Counted from the first letter of the whole stretch, positions 38,705 through 53,286 are shown. The stretch is DNA of 63,225 nt, filler included, from Reticulomyxa filosa (GCA_000512085.1; 24 parts of 24 records of this genome joined end to end with filler, not necessarily neighbours in it); one strand, 5' to 3'. Program-made: numbers and translations. Notes: a model not told the origin generated them from the sequence alone.

Positions 38705-40013
38705 NNNNNNNNNNNNNNNNNNNNNNNNNNNNNNNNNNNNNNNNNNNNTTAATTAATTAANNNNNNNNNNNNNNNNNNNNNNNNNNNNNNNNNNNNNNNN
38801 NNNNTATACTACATACATACATAAACATAAATATATTTGTATATGTACGTATATATGTATACATGTTTGTACACTCTTGCTTTTTTTTTTTTAAATAAAT
38901 AAACAAAAAAAGCAAGTTTTATTGCAATCTCTGACACCTATGTGATTGTGAATAGATTTCTGTTGTTCCAAAAATCTGTTGTCGAAGTGGTCTTAAAGCA
39001 ATTGAAAAAAGAGAACATGTCTAATTTCAACGAGGTTCTGATTTTACTCATTCTAAATAAACAAATTTTTTTTTTAAAAAAAAGAAGGAGCTTCAAACTT
39101 TTTTCTTTTTAAAAAAATTTCTTTGCTTGTATTTGAATGGATGGGTTGAACTATTGGGGGGAGAATATAGACTATACAATTCTGGAAAAAAAGAAATGGT
39201 TTGGACTCGAAGCCCTAAAAATATTTGAGAGTGATGTCTCTGGCTATGCCTTAGAACAACATAATCTGTTGGAAATTCAATACAGTAATGTTTATTTCCT
39301 AAGTTGTGTCTCTACAAATGCACTCAAACTTATCAGCAACAAACAATTAGAAATGATTTCATATTATCATATTCTAGAAATAAAAAATCTTACTACAAAA
39401 CTAAACATAATTTTTTTCGATAAAAAGTGCGATTCACATAATATGGTGACATTATGTATGTTCATTTCATTTATGTGTGCACTTAATCGAAAAACATATA
39501 AAATTAAGTTTTATTGACTACGACAAATTTTGATGTATTTAAGATTTTCCAAATTTAGAAATGTTAACAAATAGTTTTGTTGTCAGTACTTAAGGACCAA
39601 CAAAAATTCCCCTTTTCTTTTTCAAAGAAAAATGTCAGAAATAAGATTCAGTCCTCCATACAATTTTTTAAGTTTCTCAACCTCAGAAGAAGAAGAAGCA
39701 TTTTTCAAAGCTTATTGGAAGAGTGTATCTCCTCTTTGATCCTTCTTCTAAAAGTAAAGACGACACAAAGACTTTTGGTGAGAATAAGTCAGAGCAAACA
39801 CCCCCTGAAATANNNNNNNNNNNNNNNNNNNNNNNNNNNNNNNNNNNNNNNNNNNNTTAATTAATTAANNNNNNNNNNNNNNNNNNNNNNNNNNNNNNNN
39901 NNNNNNNNNNNNTTTTTTTTTTTTTTTTTTTTTAAAAAAAATTAAACTCTCAGCCAATAAAATATGTAAAAAAAATATAAAATATTAAATACATAATGAA
40001 AACAATGATATCA

Positions 40014-42616
40014 GGACACCACTTTGGAATTGAAGCAGTCAGGAGATGGTAAAACAATGAAAAAATCATTACTAAAAAAAAGTCGTAAAAAAAAAGCAGT
40101 ACGTCAGTCAATAACAAAAAAGAAGCTATTTAAACAATTAGAGAAGACGAAAGAATACTCGGAAACATATTTCTATGGTGTGCGTTATGAGACCCAAACG
40201 CATAACTTAGTGCCAATAAACAAATTTTGGTGTAGTTATGCAGAGCACTTGTTAGACGAGGAATCGAAAACCAAAAAGGCCTTTTTGTCCAAGCATTGGT
40301 TGGTCCCGACGAATTCGTTGAATGAAACTCTGCTGGCTTTGGCGGTGATGGACTTGTCGTTGTCTGCGAACGGGCCCACACTGCGCGAAAGTAAGGATCA
40401 ACGAGACCCTTCGGTGTATTTCGAAGCCAATGCGCCGTGCATTGTCATGGTGAAGCAATTGAAGGAAGTGGAGCTGTCCAAGACGTCTCTAGTGTCTATT
40501 AATGCCTCATTCTTTGACCCGAATGACACATATGTGCGGGATGAAGATGGAGAAAAACAAGACAAAGTAGTGGACACGTTTGTCCCTGGAAAAGTATATG
40601 GAGTGCGAACTGTCGTCACAAACTTGTCTTCGACAGCGACGTCTGTCGAGTTGCTGGTCGAAATTCCACAAGGCTCCATTCCTGTGTCCAGTGGCTATTA
40701 TACTAAAACTTCCTTTTTGCAATTGGAGTCTTTCAATACGACTCATCTCTCGTTCCACTTTTATTGGCCCAGTCCAGGCAAGTATGCTATGTTCCCGATG
40801 TGTGTGTCTCGTAAAGGAAAGATTATCGGAAATGCTCTTTTGCCAAAAGTGCTGGAAGTTGCATATCCGCAAAAAGATAAAAAACTGGATGTCAAGTCTT
40901 GGGAAGATGTTGTTGAAAATGGAAAAGACAGCGACGTTTTGACGTTTTTGACCACAAACAATCCCTTTGACTTGGACTTGTCATCCATCTATCATCGCTG
41001 CAAAAACGTGCAGTTCTTCAAAGATGTTTGCAAAGTCCTTCGTGGCTGCGGCATGTATAATGATTCCATTTGGGGATATGCTGTCGTTCACAACAACTGC
41101 TTGGAGGAATTGAGGGAGTTTTTGTTACAAAACTCGTATTTTGTCGATAGCATTTTGAAACCCATTTTCAAGGTTCGATGTTGAAAAATCCAATACTATT
41201 ATTATATACACTCATTTTATTTATGTATATATATTACATACGTACATGTATTATTTGTACATACAATATTGTTGGGATATGAAAACAAGAAAAAAACAAT
41301 ATATACATATATATATATATATAAACAAAGTCACCATGGATCTCCTATGACAATGTGGAAAATAATGTGTTTGCGCATTTGGAATACATACCACTGGTGA
41401 ATGCTCGTGCTCATTTACTTGGAAAACAACAGGAGGTAAGCTTAAGTTACTGGCATCCACGTCTTACGTGGGTAGTCTTTTTTTTGTTTTGTTTTGTTTG
41501 TTTTTGCTTGATGATTAATGTAATGATTACTAATGTATCGATGAACAGATATTGAATGACGCATTTAAAGATCAATACCAGAAATTCTTGGAACGTGTCT
41601 CCTATTCTTCAACCAGTGTGAAAGATATATCAAATACAGATAAATTGTCTTTGACGTATTACTTATTGCTTCAAGAAAGAATTCAAGAGGCAATGGAAGT
41701 ATTTTCTTTGCTAGATGAGAAAGTATGCACAGAAAATGTGGAAATATTGTTCGATTATTTCAAGGCATACATGTCAATGTTTAATGAAAATGAAAACGAA
41801 GCAAAAAAACTTGCTTCAAGTGTGTCCACCAAATACCGCTCAGCATCGCTACCCAAGCGCTTGAACCGGTTGTTTGAAGATATTGAAGTATTGGTCAACG
41901 GAGAATTGGATGATTATCGAAGAGAAGAAGACGAGTCAAAAACAGGAGGAAATGTGTTTGGGTTGGGCGATCGCGACCGAGCAATTGAAAAATTATCCAA
42001 GATGACACCGTCACTCGAATGGGAAATAGATAACATAACAAGGACAATTCGGCTATCTTATCAGCTGGTGAAAAATGTGACGATTAACTTTTATGTTTTG
42101 AACACAGAAATCTTGTTTTCACAAAATCCATTTTTCAATGAAGATGGAAATGATTCCAACAATCAGTCGGCGTTTAGTTATATTTCGCCCAAACATCGCT
42201 TGGATGTTAAATTGCCTGATCTTGAAAAGGACCATACACTCGGACAAAAAGAAATTGAAATTCCATTGTCATTGAAAAACCAAAATTTGTACATCCAAGT
42301 TGTTGGAGAGACCTTGACTTCTGGAAAAGCGTTTTATGACAACCAATTGTTGTTGCAAGTAAAAGAAAACTACGGACAATTGCGAGTCCTAAACAAAAAT
42401 ACCAACAAACCAGTGAAGAAGGCCTATGTGAAAGTCTATGCAAAGACGAACAATGGCTCTGAATTTTATAAAGATGGCTATACAGATTTATGTGGAAAGT
42501 TTGATTATGTGTCAATATCCACAGACCAGTTGAATCGGACAACTCAATTGGCAATTTTAGTGTCCACTGCATCTTTGGGTTGTGTCATAAAACAAGTGAA
42601 TAAACCCAAGGAATAA
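40014..42616 (+). CDS. C-terminal part of a very large conserved protein ending in a FYKDGYTD..G.FDY motif, multi-exon
   Basis: Long ORFs 40024-41184, 41355-41436 and 41552-42616 with motifs HLEYIPLVNARAH, YYLLLQERI and YVKVYAK..FYKDGYTDLCGKFDY; function unknown. Confidence 0.8.
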
Positions 42617-42987
42617 TCAAATATATGAGAGGAAGGTAAATTTGGTGTCGCGTTTGGACCTTTTTCTTTTTTTTCCTTCAACAAGGACGTATATTCATTC
42701 AAAGAAAGTATGCCGAACAGGAAAATTTGCTTTTCATTTGTTCACTACTAAAGATTAATAAACATTCGGTCAAAAACTTAAATAAATGTTTGAATGCTAA
42801 TGGTTGTTGAACATTGCAGAATAAATTATGATAATTTCAATAAAATCTACTAAAATTGCACAACAAAAAATTATTAATTTTTTTTTTCAACGCCAACATA
42901 CATGAAGGACCACCCTTTGGTTAACGTTACTCATCTACGCGTTTTTTGTTCATTTACCACAATCCTCCAAAAAGGGAGAACAGTAGT

Positions 42988-45900
42988 TCAAAAACTACCC
43001 ATCTCGAAGCATGTCGTAATAAGTCCTTGTTGCTGCTGCTTGTCTAGTTGTGGGTATCCACTGGCTGGAGTTGCAGCACCAGGACGAGAGATCAACCGCT
43101 GTGTTTATTTGAAAAAGTGTTGTTTTTTTTGAACAAATAAAATTATAAGTGAACAAAAATTTCTTAACAGGTAATTTATTAGTTATTCCTTTGGCGGCAG
43201 TTGCAAATCTAGGGAAGACATAGTGCCATGCCCCCATATTTTTCGGTTCCTCTTGAGCCCAAACCAACTCAGCCTGTTTTAACAAAACACAAGAACGAGT
43301 TTAAACAAAGCAATTATAATAAGGAGTAAAACAAAACGTTGGGATATTTCTTCAATTGCTCTTGAACCAGATCGTAGGGAAAAGGAGCAATTTGCTCCAA
43401 CCGCACAAGTGCAATATTTTTCAGATAACCGGACTTTTCAGTTGATTTGACACGATGATCAAGCAAGTGAATCCAAATTTTGCCACTGCAAAATATCACT
43501 CTCTGAATGTTTTCATCTTGAGCAAGTCCGTTCTGAAGCCCGCGACCATCATCTGGAATCAACCTCTCAAACTTGGAGTCTCCGCAAAACTCTTTCAATG
43601 TGCTACCAGTCAAGGGATGTCGCAACCCAAATTTTGGAGTGAATACAATCAAGGGTTTTCGAAAGTTACGATGCATCTATATTTGTTTTGTTATTGTTGT
43701 TGTTAACAAACAAATATCATCATACAAAGCAAAAACAAACCTGTCTGCGCAACACATGGAAGTAATTAGCGGGAGTTGTACAATTGACGATTTGCCAGTT
43801 GATAGATTGCAATTGTTGAACACTGTCTAATAACAATGTATCAGGATCGTCATCACAGCATTGCAAGAAGCGTTCCATTCGTGCACTAGAGTGCTCTGAG
43901 CCACCGGCTTCATAACCATGTGGCAACAAGCACACTAATCCAGAGAAGCGAAGCCATTTTGTCTCTGCACTAGACACAAACTGATCAAATACTACTTGAG
44001 CTCCATTGGCAAAATCCCCAAATTGTGCTTCCCAAAGTACCAAAGACCTGGGATGTTCTGTCGAATATCCATACTCAAACCCTAGCACAGCAAGTTCGCT
44101 CAAGTTGCTGTTCGACACTTGAAACTCGCCTGTCGCCCCGGGGATGTGACAAAGCTGAAGATAGCGAGCAGTATGTGTCGCACTGATGTTTTTCTGCTCG
44201 TGGAATACCGAGTGGCGTTGCGAAAATGTTCCCCTTTCTGAATCTTGTCCGGACAAGCGAATATTGAAGCCTTCGAGCTGCAGAGAGCCAAATGCCAAGG
44301 CCTCTCCAGTTCCCCTGGTTCATTTACGTGTGATCAAGATCAAAAAAAAAAATGGGGATCCCCCTTTTAACAAACACAAAAAAAACTTAACCAGTCAATG
44401 CCCTTTCCTTCTTCCAAAGATTTTTTTCGTTTTTCCAAAATCGACTGCAGTCGCTTGTGAATGTTGAAATCTTGTGGCAAAGAGGTCAACGCCACAGCAA
44501 TTTTGTTGATAGTTTCAGGAGTGACTGCCGTACTAGTTTCCTTACCTTGAATGTGTGAGCCCAAAATGCCTTTCCAATTTTTTTCAAGCCAATCGGGGGC
44601 GTTGTGTTCTTCATAGGTTATCGCCTTGTCGTACGAGTCTTGTAAAATGCCAACAATTCGTTCTTGCATTTGTTGGATGACCTCCTCAGTGACAACGCCT
44701 TCTTTCAATAGCTTGGCTTTGTACTTTTCCAAAACAGTGTCATTGCGTTTCATTTTCTCGTCAATGACACGATACATAAACGGTTGAGTGAAGGCAGGTT
44801 CATCGCCTTCGTTATGGCCGTATCTTCGGAAGCAGACCATATCCACAATGGCGTCAGTTTGGAAGGTCTGTCGATAGCGAACCGCCAAGCGAGCGCACCG
44901 GACGACCGCTTCCACGTCGTCCCCGTTCACATGGAAGATGGGTGCCGCAATGGCCCTTCCGACGTCCGTGCAATACGGCGAGCTGCGGCCCGCCGAAGGG
45001 TCCGTGGTGAATCCTATCTGGTTATTTACGATCACATGAACAACACCGCCAGTGGTATAATTCGGCAATTCCGTCAATGACATGGATTCGTACACATTGC
45101 CTTGTCCTGCAAATGCGGCATCACCGTGCATAAGCAAGCTTTTGACAATTCACAAAACAAATAAATGCGTTGCATATACGTATACATATATGTACGTATT
45201 GGATTGTGTGTGTACACATATGTATACACATATGTTGTACATATCAATTTACGAATACTTTGTAATGTGCATGTACACACATATGTTGCAACAGGACAAC
45301 AAAAAAAAAAAAATTGGGTGATCATCGAGTTACATAAATAATACGTAAAACACAATATATGTTCTCTATCTTTTTATTTAAAAAAAAAAACACGTACCAA
45401 CAAGTCTTGGTTTGATGCAAATCTTTTTTATAATGTTGCTTTGCCTTTGTCTTTCCCATGCAAACAGCGTTGACGGCTTCCAGATGCGACGGATTTGGGA
45501 CCAAGGATAAGTGCACTTTGATTTCGTCTGGGGTGTAGCGATCCGTGGAGTAACCCAGATGGTACTTGACGTCCCCCGAATCACCCACTTCCGTCCAAGG
45601 CAATGCCTTCTCACGAAACTCGTACAAGATTCTCTCCAACGGCTTCCGCATCACAGTGCAAAGGGTTGTCAAACGACCTCGATGAGGCATCCCAATCACA
45701 AAGTCGCTCACGCCTAGTCGCGCGCCTTCGTCGATTATCTCTTTCAGCAAAGGCACCATCGCCTCTGATCCGATTATACCAAACCGCTTTTGTCTTTCGA
45801 ATTTTACATCCAAGAATTTCTAATTTTGCAAGTCAAAAAAAAAATTCAAACTTTTTTTTGTTTGTTCATTGTTTCTTTTTTTTTTTTTTTCAAAAAAAAA

Positions 45901-46760
45901 AAAAGAACCTCCAATTCAGTCGCCCAAATCAATCGATCAAGTATTCGAATTTTCTCTTGCTTTGTGAACTTTGAGGTATCTCTTTCAATGAGAGCCCTCA
46001 AATAGTTATTTTTCTGACTATTGGCGATATGCATGTATCTATTTAGCGTTTCCCAATTGTGTTAAAAAAAAAAAAATAATAAAAAAAAATGATGCTCCCT
46101 CTCTCTTTAGACCCATCCAAGAAAAAAAAGGGAACTGAAATCCAATGGAACCACAATAGACTGCTTGCAATCGCTTGGTCACATTTCGAAGAGTGACCCA
46201 TCCGTCGGTGTTTCCCATCAAAGACAAGAACTGCGTGTGCTGACCCACATAAATTTTTCTGTCCAAATCCTGTTGCGTGAAGCCCCACGCCTCAATTTCT
46301 ATTCGCACACACAAACAAATAAATAAAACAGGAAACGTAACATGGTAATCCGTCATAAAACATGTTTTATTTGCAATTGTCATTTCAATCTTTTTTTTCA
46401 AAAAAAAAAAAAAAAAAAAAGGGGGAGATACAATAAAAACCTAATAATTCAGGTTGGAAGTGTTTCCGATCCAAGCTGTGATCTGTGATCTCCAGAGGAT
46501 CTAGACTAGCTTTGAAATGGCCAAAGGATTGATAACTGCGAACCAACTTCATTACTGATAAAAACAAGACAAAAAAATAAATTCATTTATTTTAATTTCA
46601 AAAACAGCACGTACGTATAAAAAAAAAAAAAAAAAAAAAAAACATTTGTTTGCTTTTGAATACGAAACAGTTAACAGCATCCTGCACTGCTTTCTTTTCT
46701 CTATAAACAAATACACCCTTTCTAGATTGTTTCCAATTTGAACGTTATAAAAGAGCGTTC
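42988..46760 (-). CDS. OGDH: 2-oxoglutarate dehydrogenase E1 component, multi-exon, 5' truncated
   Basis: GMPHRGRL; GDVKYHLG; NPSHLE; [10 protein letters not shown]; NNQIGFTT; RRYGHNE; [16 protein letters not shown]; [13 protein letters not shown]; [12 protein letters not shown]; [10 protein letters not shown]. Confidence 0.97.
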
Positions 46761-47001
46761 AACTTAAAAAGATAATAAAAAATAAAAAGAGAAAAGATGT
46801 TGCTTGAATATCTTTAGTATTCATTTGGAGGAGGGGGGNNNNNNNNNNNNNNNNNNNNNNNNNNNNNNNNNNNNNNNNNNNNTTAATTAATTAANNNNNN
46901 NNNNNNNNNNNNNNNNNNNNNNNNNNNNNNNNNNNNNNGTATACATAAATAATAAATAGTAAAAAAAAAAAAAAAAAAAAAAAAATTGATTTTGTAAATA
47001 G

Positions 47002-47633
47002 CAAAGAGCAATTGTCGAAACAACATGGCGTAATGATTTATAAACATGTAATGGTAATGGACGTTAGCAATGCGTCAATGACATCTCTCAATAAATTCAA
47101 GAATTTGGTTCAAACTGTCATTGCTGAAGAACAGTTTGTTTTTTTTGTATTCTATGTTAGAGACTACCCTATGTAAGTGGTACAACGTATAAAAAAAAAA
47201 TTATGTATGTATACACATATAATAACAATAAAAGACATTTGTTCCCTGAGACGTTGTATAAATTGTATCTTGTCAATTCTTCATTCACTTTTCGGGCCAT
47301 ATGGAAAATTGTCTCCAATTTTGTCGATCCCATTACTTATCAAAAAGTCTTTTTTTTTTTTTTTTTAATTTTTTCCCTCTCCGCCAAACCGAAACGGAAA
47401 ATTTAAAAAAATAGATTAATGTATTGGGTGGCAGCTATTTGGATGAGATGGCAAAAATTTTAACAAAAATGAGATACCACAAAAATATGGAGGAACTTGT
47501 GAAAGACCGATTATATACGGTAGAGACAGTGAAAGTACAAAAACACCCGACAAAGAGTCTCAGCCACAAACGGAACCCAACACCGTTGAAAAAAAAGAAT
47601 GAAAGCATTAGAAACTGTGGCTATTTTATGTAG
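47002..47633 (+). CDS. CRAL-TRIO (Sec14-like) lipid-binding protein, C-terminal exons
   Basis: VMVMDVSN..|HLFPETLYKLYLVNSSFTFRAIWKIVSNFVDPITYQK|INVLG. Confidence 0.85.
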
Positions 47634-48201
47634 AAATAAGTCAATGCTTTCTTGTTGTTCGAACAGATCATGTAACATTTTTGTTGTTCGTTTTCTTGGT
47701 TTTTTTTCCGAACAAAGAGAGAAGAGGGAGCAAAAGAGAGCACTGGTGTGCTCTCTTGGTGATGTCTTGCTACGTGTTTCACAAGCAAGAAGATTTTCAC
47801 ATTTGAACATGTTTGTTTTGCGTTGTTTGTTGTTTTTATGATATTGCAGAAAAAAATTCAGTTACTCTTTGTGATTGTGCTTTATCGCTCATCTTCAATT
47901 TGTTAACTTTGTTTAATACCTCTCAAAATATGGCATGTGCATATCGTCTTTTTGTATTGAATTTATCAGAGTATATTTTGAAAGAAATCAGTTTATAAAT
48001 ACCAGCTTCGAGTGTGACGCATAAAAGACGTGAAGTTATCAAATTCTTTTTGCAACAAAAAGGTATCCATAGCTAACTACCTCGGAAAGGTATTTGACAA
48101 AGTGGAAGCTGCACACAAACCAAGAAAAAAAGAAGCATTACGTATCAGAAAAGTCAAGTAAAAACCACTCTTTAGTAGGCCACTAGATTTGTGCACTTGT
48201 A

Positions 48202-49501
48202 TTAAAGCCCTGACAACAATCTTTCAACTGCAGCTTCCAAATTACCTCCGGTTGCTACCAGTGCTCGAATATTTGCATCAGCATCCAAAAATCCCATGGA
48301 ATTCAGCTGTGACAATTGGGTGCGATATAATATCTCTGGACGACCTATTTATTTATTTTGTTTGTTTGTTTTGTAATGTATAAAAAAAAAAGAGTTTTGA
48401 AAGAAATGTAAACAAGACATTCATCAAAACAATAATAACAGTATCCATTGTATGATAAAGTGTATTTCTCCTCAACTGTTACTAAGTAAACTCGAAGCGA
48501 ACATTGATTGCTGTCCAGTTCCGGTATTGGAATTGTCTGTGTTTTGTTGAAGATTTGTAAACAATGAAAAATATGGATTTAGGAATGGTTGCTGTTGATT
48601 ACTATTGCTTGTACTTGAGGTTGAAGTTGAGGTTGAAGTTGGGTTCGAGCTTGAACTCGAGGTGGAGGTTGATGTATTATTAGTTGAAGAAGAGCGAGTT
48701 GTCCTGGAATCAGTAGTACTCTTGTCGCTTGTGCTTGTGCCGCTCTTGTCGCTTGTGCTCGTGCCGCTCTTGTTGTCTGACGACTGAGTGGTTGTTGTCG
48801 TTGTTGTGGTCATGGTCGACGTTGGTCCACTGCTTGATTGCTGTGTCGATGTGGTTGGATTGCTTGATGTTGTGTTCGAGGAGGACGTGCTTGAATTGGT
48901 GCTGGTGGTCGTGTTTGAAGGCATTTGGAACAAATTGCGCTGCATTTCCATCACCATTTGAAGCATCTGCGGATTTGCTGCGAACATTTGAACTTGCGCT
49001 TGCATTTGAGGATTGTTTCGAAAAAAAGGATGGTTTTGGGTCATCTTTTTTTTTCCCCCCCCCAAAAAAAAAAGAAACAAACGTAAAAAAAAAAAAAAAT
49101 CCTCTCTTCCTTTGGTACATGTGCAATTGTTAATTGGGGTCGATTTGGACTGAATTAACAAAACAAGAACAACAGAATTTGTGTGGTTCGAGGATGAAGT
49201 GTATACCTGTTGCAACACTTGTGGATTTTGCATTAAATTCTGAAACATTTGCTGAAAAAGCGGTGAGTTCATCATTTGTTGCATCATGAGCGGATCCATT
49301 CCTAAGGGTCCCATACCTCCAGGCATGCCCATGCCTTCCATGTTTTCAAGTCCAGCAAACGGGTTGTCACCTCCCATCTGTCAAATCCCATTTTTTTTTT
49401 TTTTTAATTTTTTTTATGATAAAAAAAATTATTTTTAAAAATTTTGGAAATCTAAGCCTTACCATAAAAGGATTAAACATAAAAGCGTTTGCATTGTCGT
49501 T

Positions 49502-49534
<33 letters not shown>

Positions 49535-50124
49535 CTGCTGTCCGGTAGTACTGCTACTGGAAGAAGTACTACTTTGATTGGTTGTCTCTGAAGTTTGGTT
49601 GGTATTCTCAGTACCTGTTTATTCATATTAAAAAAAAAGAAACAACTTGCGCTTTTTCATAGATATAGAATTTTTTTTCTCCTACCCCTCAAAAAAATTT
49701 GAATCCCTTCTCTCCCTCCCCCCCCCCCTTCCTTTTGACACCTGTGGATGGCTTTGGCTTTTGACGTGAGCGTACTAAAATTATTGTGTGGCCATCTTGA
49801 ACATCTGTTCATTGTTGGTTATTTATTGTTCCTGGATACACGTCATTAGTTTAAGAATAAAAAAAAAAAGGGTTTACAACTAAAGGGAAAATGTTGCGTG
49901 TAATGATGCTGTAAACTGTAGTCTGAGAGAATCTTGTCGTCTTTCAGAACTTGCCCTTTGTAAATTAGTCTCTGATTTTCGGGCTCAATATTGTCGTTGG
50001 AACCTTTTTGTACTGCTTTTTTCGTTTCCAAAACACTCGTGGTGGAAGCAACCGCAATTTGAATTTTTTCATCATTAGTCGTCTTGACCGTTAGATGGAT
50101 TAAGGTCTTGTCATCTTGACTCAT
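48202..50124 (-). CDS. Ubiquilin/Dsk2 (UBL, STI1-like, UBA)
   Basis: N-terminal [22 protein letters not shown]; NP/MQ-rich STI1 segments; last exon [33 protein letters not shown] (UBA). Confidence 0.92.
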
Positions 50125-51983
50125 TGCTTACTTATTATTGTATTAGTTTCTTGTTTTTAGTGTTAGTTGTTGTTATGACGCGAAATTCTTTATTTTTTGC
50201 TTCCCTCTCAGTTTGAACGCCATGGCATTAAACGATTACGGCAGAAAGTAGATCTGCCAAAGACTAAAAATGATATACATTGTAATGTTACATTCTGATA
50301 GTAATATAAATATTTTTTTTACGGTCATGGAGCAATTGAATGCCAAAAAATAGACTGCTTTGTTTTTTAATAAATAAGTGTATAGATGTTGCAAAAACTG
50401 ATTTTCTCAATCATTAGAGAATAGGATAACATTTGAAAACATTTTAAAGAAACATTCACCAAGCACTTTACAAAAAAAAGAAAATCTTTTCCCTCCTTGT
50501 ATTTGACATCTGAGATGTTCCAATCAGGAAAGTTTTCTGGATCTGAGCCATTCAATCCACAAAAACTTGTGCTTCGACTATTAGTACTGCAATCATTATT
50601 TTATCTCTTCTTGCGACCAAAATATTCAACAACCTTTGACTAAACGAATTTCACNNNNNNNNNNNNNNNNNNNNNNNNNNNNNNNNNNNNNNNNNNNNTT
50701 AATTAATTAANNNNNNNNNNNNNNNNNNNNNNNNNNNNNNNNNNNNNNNNNNNNAATGTGTTTGCATTGAGAGCTCTGTTCAAATCATAATCAAAATTTC
50801 GAACGACTGTCTAATTTAACAAAGTCTTTTGTTTGCGGATTCCTTATCTAACGACATATGCAAATGACTTATTTCATTTATATACCATTAAAAAAAGAAT
50901 AGAAACAAAAATAATGTTAAAATTAATATATTATTCCATACTAATTTTATTATCATCAGAACATGAAACAATTTTATCATCTTCCAACTTTTGCATTACA
51001 CATTTTGATTTTACATTCCATAACAAATAGTTCCATCCCATAAACATGATATAATGGTTTGATCATTTGAAAAATATTTAACATCATTTATAATTGATGA
51101 ATGTTCTTGAATTTTTTTTCAAGTTTTTTCCTAATTTTACATCAAAATTGGTCTTCCTGATGTTACATTCCATAACGAATTGTTTTATCTTGTGAAAAAG
51201 ATACAATATTATATTTATTTGGTTAAAATTCTGCATAATTAACCCAATCTTTGTATCCTTGAAACATTAAATTTGTTTTCCTGTCTCAATATTCCATATT
51301 TTAATTATTTTATCTTTAGATGATGAAAGAATCTTACCAGACTCCAATTTTTAGTTATTAACTGTACTTGTTCTCCTGACTTTTTATTGATTAAAAAGAT
51401 TGAAAGGTTACCAGCTCTTGTGTTGTATTTTTCTTTTTTTTGATCACAGCATTTTCCTCCACTAGTTTAGTTGACAGAAATCTACACCAATGCGCCTTTT
51501 TTGATGAACTTTCAAGGTGGTTCTGTTGTTCTTTGTACTCGAAATCAACTGGAGTTAACCATTTTGAAATTTCTTTTTTTAAGAAATTAGTGAAAAAATT
51601 TTTTTTTGCTTAACATTCATCGACATTCGTATGCCAATATTTTGACTTAATACTTTTAAAAGGAGATGTAATAATTAGCAACAGTTTTCGCTAGATTATT
51701 ACAAGAAAAAAATTTGAATATTTCTATTATTGTGAGAAAAGCAAATATTTTTTGAGTAAAATGATTGTATTTTTTTTAAGCAATGAATTGAAACTTTTAT
51801 TGCAAAATAAAAGAGCTAAAGAGCGTTTGGAATGTTAATGTTGTCGCAATAATATTGAAGGAATTCTTAATTATCCAAAAAAAACAAAACTGTACAATAC
51901 AATTCAAAATCAAATTTCTTTTTTTTCAACATACATTTTCACTTTTATTTCAATAAATACTTACAAGCTTTTCAATTTCAACA

Positions 51984-52682
51984 TCACTTTTTGTGTTTTT
52001 TGATGATTATTACCCAATTTTTGAGTAAAATCGACAATGCATTTTCATAACGCTTCTTTGCCTCTACTTTGTCACCCTTTTTACAATTGATATCCCCTAA
52101 AATATCATATGTATCACCAACATTTGGATGATTAGAATCCAGTTTATTCAATCTCAAATTCAATGCCTTCTTTCCAAATTCCATCGCTTTGTCATATTCT
52201 CCTTTTTCCTTATAAGCATCTCCCAAGTCGTTGTATGAAGTAGCAACATCAGGGTGATCATATCCCAATTTATTCAATCTAATTTTTAATGATTCTTCAT
52301 GATATCCAATTGCTTTGTTCAATTCTCCTTTTTCCTTATAAACACATCCCAAATTGTTGTATGGATACGCAACATCAGGATGATCAGGCGCCAATTTATC
52401 CAATATCATTTTTAAAGCTTTTTCCAAATATTCAATTGCTTTGTCGTATTCTCCTTTATTTTTATAAACAATTCCCAAATTATTGTATGAATAAACAACA
52501 CGAATGTGATCATGTCCCAATTTATCTAATTTATTTTCAACGATTTTTCATAATATTCAATTGCTTTATTGTATTCTTCTTTGTTGTAATAGACAACTCC
52601 CAAATAGTTGTATGAATCAGCAACATAAATGTGATCATGTCCCAATTTACCCAATCTGATTTTCAATGATTTTTCATAATAT
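51984..52682 (-). CDS. 42-aa TPR repeat protein (kinesin-light-chain type), partial
   Basis: Repeats HPDVA.SYNNLG.VY..KGEYDKAIEY.EKAL.I.L.KLG. Confidence 0.92.
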
Positions 52683-52782
52683 NNNNNNNNNNNNNNNNNN
52701 NNNNNNNNNNNNNNNNNNNNNNNNNNTTAATTAATTAANNNNNNNNNNNNNNNNNNNNNNNNNNNNNNNNNNNNNNNNNNNN

Positions 52783-53286
52783 TGAAAAGGTGGAAATGGA
52801 TATACAATATGTTCTGGATCAGATGATAATACCATTCGAATATGGGATATTGAAACAACAAAACAATTCAATGTATTTAAAGGACATAAATATTCAGTGA
52901 ATAGTGTGAAATATGGACTAAATACAATATTATCTGGATCAGGTGATAAAAGTGTTCGTTTGTGGGATATTCGATCTGGTCAACAAATTCAAGTGTTCAA
53001 TGGACATAAAAATACTGTATGTTCTGTTGAATATTCACCATTTGTAATTAAGAATAGTACTGGTAATTCAAATGTAATATGCTCTGGATCATGGGATAAC
53101 ACAATTCGATTTTGGGATATTCGATCAAATAAGAATGAATTGTATGTGATCAAAGGAAGTGAAAATGATGAAATAAGATGTCTTAAATTTATTGGATTGG
53201 AAAAAAAAGATAAAACAAAAAATGTTACATATGATATGAATTTGTGTTATGGTTCACGCAAAGGTTTCATTCGTATTTGGGGATAA
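52783..53286 (+). CDS. WD40-repeat protein, C-terminal part
   Basis: ICSGSDDNTIRIWD; LSGSGDKSVRLWDIRSG..FNGH; CSGSWDNTIRFWD. Confidence 0.93.

Noticed and set aside
48202-50124. Ubiquilin as a partner gene of the Ubl-Hint system
   Set aside because: It lies on a different contig, so proximity in this window is an artefact.
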